Source: the human T2T-CHM13v2.0 reference genome, Homo sapiens. Taken from it: 64,000 nt of DNA. The position numbers and the translations under genes were made by a program. The notes under the pieces were generated by a model. The model worked only from the letters and a program-made list of their open reading frames with translations. It was not told the DNA's origin and did no database searches. Of this stretch, positions 55,076-64,000 are shown one piece after another. Numbering within the stretch: the stretch's first letter is position 1; every line of letters begins with the position of its first letter. Location of the stretch: assembly GCF_009914755.1 (NCBI RefSeq), contig NC_060926.1; one strand, written 5' to 3'.

Positions 55076-57154
55076 CAGCAGGAACTCTAGCTGCTTTCCC
55101 CTGGTGTCTCCTGCCGGGCTGCCTGCCCTCTGGAATTACTCTCCTGGATGGCCGCAGAGCCTCCACCCAGCACAGCCACCACTCTCCTGGTACCCCCCCA
55201 ACCCTCTTTCCACACCAGCCACAGTGATCTTTCTAAAATACAACCCTGACTGTTTCATGCCTGCTTGAAACTCTCACACTGCAGCCAGGCCAAACCCATT
55301 CTGCACCCCCATACACATTACATCTCCGGCCTGGTACCCCCTCCTCTGAGCACCCACAGCAGGGGACACAAACCTCCGATGTCACCCTGTCTTTCTCCCT
55401 TTAGACTGCAAGGGTTGCTCCAGGGCAGGGACCTGCCACATCTGATTTTGTGGTGTCAGCGTCCACTACCCCGAAGGCCAGAGCACCGCCAGGGCTCCAG
55501 AAACGCTGTTGCTAAATGCTGGTTGCAGCAGAGCATGAGAGGTGCTGCCCTCGCACCCACCCAACCAAGGCAGCCCCAGGATCCCCAGCGCGCACAAGAT
55601 ACACGAGTTCCACCAGAAGGACCTCATCGCCTCCTGTTCCCAATGGCAAACCGAGCACCCAGACATTTTAGGCCTTGTCCTGGGAGTGTGGAACTGCGGC
55701 GCCAAGCACAGAACACATGGTGTGGTCCTCTCCAGATGCCGGCTCCTCTGTCTGCAGCAGCCCTTGAATGCCCCACCCAGAACTCCCTTGTTCAGCGCTC
55801 CGGCCGTGCCTGTGTCAGGAGGCTCCTGAGCGATGCCCAACCCCTCCCTGCTGATCCCACACACATTTTCCTTCTCCTTCCTTCAAAGCAAAAAAACAAA
55901 TGCCCTTTCCAAAAGGCAGTAATGTAGCGTGAGGGTGGGGGTTGCTGGCCTAGAAATAAAGATCTAGACTCCCTTTCCCCAGACTGAGCACGGCCCCACA
56001 GGCAGCACCTCCTGGGCACCCCACAGAGGGTAGGTCTGACCGAGATGCCCTGTAGATGCCAGCATCACAGTGCCCCGTGAGTGAATGGGCAAAGAGGGTG
56101 AAATGAGCAGAGGTGGACGTGAGTCAAAGCAGGCTCTGTCATCACAGCTGCCTGAAGGAAGAGGCCACAGCCTCTCCTCTCCATCTGCCTTCTCTATAAC
56201 AGGTCCCATCAATGCAAATGCTGTAACACCAACATCAAATTTACATTTACCTAGAGAAAGCCTGTTGCGGCCTGACACTGTGCAAGGGGATTGGGAGAGG
56301 GATAGAGGGAGGCTTCAAATACAAGACCTGACCAGGCTTCTGCCCTCAAATATCTGTGAGCTCTACCCAGGACTGGGCAGCAAAGTGGAGCTGAAAGAAT
56401 TAGACAACAAGGCTTTCCCTGGTGAGGCTTCTGTCTCACTGCAGGCAGAGCATAAGGCCCACACGAGGGCAATGAAGATCCCTATGAGGCAAGATGGAAC
56501 CAGGAACCAGATTGCGTGCCACAGACATTGCCTGCTCGCGAACTTCAGAAGAGAAAGGGAAGAGCCAGGAAGGTTCACGAAGGGGCACCTGCAAGGATGG
56601 ATGGGCTGGTAGGATGGGGTTTTCAGATGGGGAACAGCACATGCAAAGACACAGAAGTGTGATTTGTCATGTGCGTCTGCAGGAAAGACACTGTCCCCAC
56701 GGACATGGACGTTTGCTCATGGCATTGGTTAGGACTTATTTTGACTGATGATTCACTTTGAAATCAGCCCTGCCAGGGCTCCATGTGGCTTAGGAGCCTG
56801 GATAGGGTAAGTCATCTTCCTTGCCCAGCCATGTAAACAAACCACAGAGCAAGGCCAAACCACCAGGGCGAGTCAGAGCAAGGAGAGGGAAGGCAGCCCT
56901 AAGAACCACTGCGCTTTTCTTCTTCAGAGGCCAAGGAGAAACCCTGGCCCTTCACACACATGCGCAACCTCACCATCTGTGTCTGAAAATGCTGAAATCA
57001 ACACAAGTGGGAAAGACAGCTACCGGGAAAGGCAGGGGGAACTGCATGGACCTGTGTCTGCTTATTTCTCCACCTCCTAACCTCTGATTGACCAAAGTTC
57101 CCTGCAAGACAAAATATCCAAAGCCAAAAGAGAACTCAGTGGCTATTTAGCAAG

Positions 57155-57672
57155 TATGGTGGGATGCTTTTAAAATGACTCCCAATAACCCCCAGCTCCT
57201 GGTATTTGTGCCCTGGTTAGTCTCCTCCCCTTGCATGGGGGCTAGACCTACGGAGCTGCTTCTAATTAAGAGAATACAGCAAAATCATGCTTGGGGTATA
57301 AAAGACTGACCACCCTCCTGCTCACACTCTCTCTGGCCCCTCCAGTGTGCTCACTCTGGCTGCTACTGTGAGCTACCCTACAGAGAGGCCCCCATGGCAA
57401 GGAACTGAGGTGGCCTCTGGCCAACAGCCAGCGATGAGCTGATTCTCACCAACACTCAGCGAGTGCACTTGGAGGAGGATCCTACCCTGGAGAGCCTTGA
57501 GATGACTGCAGCCCCGGCTGAAGCTTTAATCGCAGATTGTGAGACCCTGAGCCAGAGAACCCTGTCAAGCCATTCTGTATTCCTAACCCACAGACACTGT
57601 GAGATAATAAATGTTATTTTGAACCACTAAGTTTCAGGGGAATCTGTTATGCAGCAGGAGATAACAAATACC
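57155..57672 (+). mobile_element. MLT1F-like MaLR solo LTR
   Basis: aaaatgactcccaataacccccagctcctggtatt...ccatggcaaggaactgaggtggcctctggccaacagcca...ctgtgagataataaatg...gttatgcagcaggagataacaaatac. Confidence 0.88.
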
Positions 57673-57816
57673 TTTCAATCAGGCTTTCGGGTCTAATAAA
57701 CAAGATCGTGTGTGTGCCTGAGCTAATGGCTTATGGCTGATAGGATCAGAAATGTCCCCAAATCTCAGTCTCTTCCCCGTCTTCATTGTTAATTAGCATG
57801 TCTCCTGGTGAGTTAT

Positions 57817-58120
57817 CTTTTTATTTTTATTTTTATTTGAGACAGAGTCTTGCTCTGTCTCCCAGGCTGAAGTGCAGTAGTGCAATCAGGGCTCACTGCA
57901 GCCTTGACTCCCTGAGCTCAAGTGATCCTCTCGCTTCAGCCTCCCGAGTAGCTGGGACCACAAGCGCACATTACCATGCCTGGTTCATGTTTATATTTTT
58001 TGTAGAGAGAGGGTCTCACTATATTGCCCAGCATGGTCTTGAATTCCTGGCCTCAAGTGATGCTCCAGCCTTGGCCTTTTGAAATGCTGGAATTACAGGC
58101 ATGAGCCACCTTGCCTGGCC
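57817..58120 (-). mobile_element. AluJ
   Basis: Full dimer of J type. Confidence 0.92.
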
Positions 58121-58951
58121 AAGAATTGCTTTACATTTTGTTTGTAGAAGTGCCAGGTGAAGCAGAAATTTCTACAGGACACCAGACTTTTTCATATGTA
58201 GGCAGACACTACAAGTCCCTTTGGAGTATATCTTTCTCCTCACAGGAGCCAGCAGACCAGCTGTTTGCAAATGTGCAGAGGGTAGGCACTCACAGTCCTA
58301 GGCTGGGGTCATAGTCAACAACAGCTGACCAGGAAGGATGCTGGCTCATACATCCTCCCCCAGGGAAGCTCCTGGTCCTGAGGAAGGGTGTGACAGAACC
58401 CTGCATGCTTGACAAGGCTTTCCCCACCCTGAGACTCCTTGACAGGCATTGTTCTGGAAAAGGGTAGAGCAGCTTGCCCTTGTCCCAAGGGCAGAGCCCA
58501 ACCTCTTGTCCAAAATCTGGCAACATGGACAGGATGGTCTTCCCCCAAGATCAAAGCAGGAAAAGATACCAAGGGCTCTGAAAAGGAATTTGGGAGGGAA
58601 AGAGAAAGGAGGTGTTTTGTTTGTTTTTGGAAGGGCGGGGGATGATGATCTGGACTTGATAAGGAAGCCTGGGCCCCCTGGACCTGGGGCTGAGACCAGA
58701 ACCTTCCAAGACCCTCCTATTCCAGAGGGAGGTGGAGCTCTGGGCACTCCCGTCTTGGCAAGGTATGAGGCTTTGCAGGCCAGTGACAAAGCTTGTGAAT
58801 GTGACCTCAGAGAGGTAACACATAGAGCCCAGCGTGGGACTTCATGAGTTCAGTTCTGGGTATAGAGTTTAAGGTGACATCCAAGCCAAATGTCCAGTGC
58901 TTGAATAAACAAGCCTTGAAAGTATGAGGGTTCAAAACTGAAGATAGGGAG

Positions 58952-60235
<1,284 letters not shown>

Positions 60236-60284
60236 AGATATGAATTTTTTTGAGTTATCAGCAGATAGATGCCAATTAAAGTCA

Positions 60285-61244
<960 letters not shown>

Positions 61245-62199
61245 CTATGAGTGACTACAATTAATGTAGAAAACATGAGGCTATAAAAGCAAATAAGTGA
61301 AGGACACAGAGTATTCCAGGAGAGAGTATCAACGTGCTGGAAGCTACAGAGACAGCCAGTAAGGGAGGCTCTGAAAAGAATGAATTCAACAAAAAAAGAC
61401 CACTGGTCTCAGAGGAGTGTCAGGGAATAGCTGTACTGCCTAGGGTTGAGGAGTGAATGGAAGTGAGGAAAAAGGGAAAAGAGTTTAAGGAAGAGGAAGG
61501 GCAGGTGCTAACAAGGAGCGTGCGGCGTGTGCAGTCAAAGGAGGTGCTTTTTTAAATGAGAAGCCCATGACATGCTGATGGATAGAATCCAGAAGAGAGG
61601 CAGAGGCTGACAATTTAGAAGACAACACAGAACTGTCTCCTTCCATAATAATAGAATCCCCTGGCTTTTAAGTGGGCATTTAATTAACCAACTAGAGTCT
61701 ACATTTCCCAGCCTGCCATACAGCTGGGTTGCTTGTGTGACTTATTTTGAGCCAATGATATCTCAGCAAAAGTTAGGTGTGAAATTTCAAAGCTATTTGC
61801 TTGAAGACATCTGCTATGGACACATCCTCTCCCTTCCTGTTGGCTGGGAAATTGCAGCAACTACTTTTGACCTTCAGATTTTAAACAGACAAATTGTACT
61901 GTATGAAAATAATACCTTTTTCATTGAGATGAGGTTTCACTATGTTGCACAGGCTGGTCTCCAACTCCTAGCCTCAAATGATCCTCCTACTTTGGCCTCC
62001 CAAAGTGAAAATAATACCTACATAAAAAATAATTAAAATGAAATGTTGATCCTTCATTTATAACAACAATAAGGAAAGAAAAGAGTGGTTATCATTTTTC
62101 AAGACATATTTTGTAAAATAAAAAGCTGGGAAATTTATATGAATCCCCAATTTTTTCCAAAATTTTCAGGGCTGAGAAATTAACAAGTCTGAGAACCAT

Positions 62200-62600
62200 T
62201 GTATTCATTATCTATAGCTGTGTAACAAATTATTCCCAAATTTTGCAGTTGAAAATAATAAACATTTATTTTCTCACAATTCCTGTGAGTCAAGAATCTG
62301 AACTGGTGTAGCTGGGTCCTTGGGCTCAGGGTCTCTGATGAGGCTGCAGTCAGCTGGGATGTGGTCTCATCTGAAGGCTCATCTGAGGGAGGAGGGCTCA
62401 CTTCCAAGCCCTTCATGTGGTTATTGGCAGAATTCAGTTATTTACAGGCTATTGAACCAAAGAACTCAGCTCCTTGCCTCACAAGTTTCTCCGCAGGGCA
62501 GCTCACAACACAGTACCCAGCTTTCAGCAGAGTGAGCAAGTCAAAGAGCAGGACAGGGCAAGCAAGATGGAAGCCAGGGTCTTTTTAGAGGCTGCCTACA
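62200..62600 (-). mobile_element. MLT1E/F-like MaLR LTR fragment
   Basis: tgtattcattatctatagctgtgtaacaaatta...ctcacaattcctgtgagtcaagaatc...gctcagggtctctgatgaggctgcagtca. Confidence 0.8.
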
Positions 62601-64000
62601 GAGCCTCCTGCTGCCTGCCTCCTCCTCCCAGATGCAGGAGGGCCAGGTTTGGCAGGGTGGTGAGCCTTCTCCAGTGTGACAGGAGAAAAGGAGAGGCTAG
62701 GAGCCACCATGCCTCTTTGTGCAGGTGAGTCGATGGGAAGCTGAGGGATGGTGGATTGCTGGCTTCTATTTTCACCCCAAATTAGGGCAGCCACCCAGAA
62801 TTGAGGGCAGGCAGTTGGGGAAGGGGGTGGTAGGAGAATTGAGAGGAATGGGGAGCTTTCAAATAGCTAGGGTGGAGAATAGGAGACAGATGAGAGGAGA
62901 GAAAGCCATGGAAAGTGATGCTGTAGCTTGGACCCAAACCTGGAGAATTTTTAAACTCTGCATAAGCTGTACTTCAAGGATCCAGCAGTTTACTTCCATA
63001 TGAGTTGATGCCTAAATTCACCCCAGAGTCAGATTTGCCCTTTTCTAGGAAAACCATCTTGAGTGAAGCAAATGCCCACATTATCCCTGAAGGTAACTGC
63101 GAAGCCTCCAGGAATCTGAACGCAGATGTTCCAGGCAGACATGAGTGCTGCCTGATCTGAGGGTGGGTGGAGGGAAAGGAATGCACTGAGCTCCCGACAT
63201 CCCCCCGTGCGCGGCTGATACCCGAGTGCGCTGATAGCAGCTGTGGCTCTGTGGAGCGCAGCCTGCAGGGCCCAGGGTGGGGCTGTCGCTGAGGGTGGGG
63301 CTGCTGTCGCTGAGGATGGGGCTACTGTCCCTCTCTCTCTCCGCAACTGGATGAACCCCACTGTCAAGTGTCCTAGGCACAGACAGACCAAGGCACAGAA
63401 ATGAGAGGATCTGAGTCCCGGGCTGCAGGAAAAAGGAATTTCCTCTTCTCTTTGGGCCCGGGGACAAAGTAAAGGCTGTCCCAAAGGTGAATGGAAGTCC
63501 TCATCCTCTCTCCTGAATATAGAGAGCAGGTAGAACCCTCTCTCTGGGGGAGAGATGATGGCAGCTACAACTCTGCGGGGGGTCCCCATCTCCCCAAGGA
63601 TGCTCCTATGGCCCTAGTAGCCACCACCCTGGGAGGTGGACTGCACCTCACTGCCCTGTGCTTGTCCAAGCCTCCAGGACGGTCCTGCTAAAAATTTCAG
63701 CCTGATCTCAGCTGCGTTACAGGGCCTTGGAGAAAAGCCTCCTCATCCCCTTGCCCAGAATACCAGAAGGGACAGCAGCGTCCCTCTTCCAGCCCAGGGC
63801 AGCCACGTGCTGACACGATGCAGAGGCCAGAGCCCAGAGCCCTGGACCACACACGACCAGTTCTTCTAAGACAGCAGGCTGAGCAAGGCCTGGGGAGTTG
63901 AGGCATGCTGCAGCAAGGGGTGGGGGGGGGGGGCGTTGGAGGTGAGGGTCCTGAATGGGCAGGTGGCATGTGAAGTGGATTGAAATGGGAGCTTATATTA

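Noticed and set aside
55265-56612. 220-aa and 175-aa ORFs
   Set aside because: GC-rich sequence partly overlapping L2 relics, with no domain similarity or splice structure; the 220-aa ORF starts at TTG.

Overview
This is human (or very closely related primate) genomic DNA. Bases 1-7700 hold the end of ANTXR1 (TEM8, anthrax toxin receptor 1) on the + strand: the last intron, the terminal coding exon at 3593-3853 ([23 protein letters not shown]...PPPRPSV*, missed by the ORF track because it has no ATG), and a ~3.85 kb 3'UTR. The UTR ends in a tandemly duplicated poly(A) cassette. The remaining ~56 kb is transposon-rich intergenic DNA in which I see no other host gene. Its main feature is an ancient class III (ERV-L-like, LTR16A-flanked) provirus at ~14171-23519. 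It retains both LTRs and decayed gag, protease, RT, RNase H, integrase and dUTPase remnants, and is interrupted by an AluS, an L1MA and a MER11 solo LTR. Many Alu, L1, L2, MIR, MaLR and DNA-transposon relics make up the rest. I found no convincing new gene system. The best second-look items are a hairpin/three-way-junction cluster in the ANTXR1 3'UTR, the duplicated poly(A) cassette, an Alu fragment with twin-priming-like inversion geometry, and the two-LTR ancient provirus. Repeat family names come from remembered consensus sequences, not from a database search, and boundaries of old repeats are approximate.
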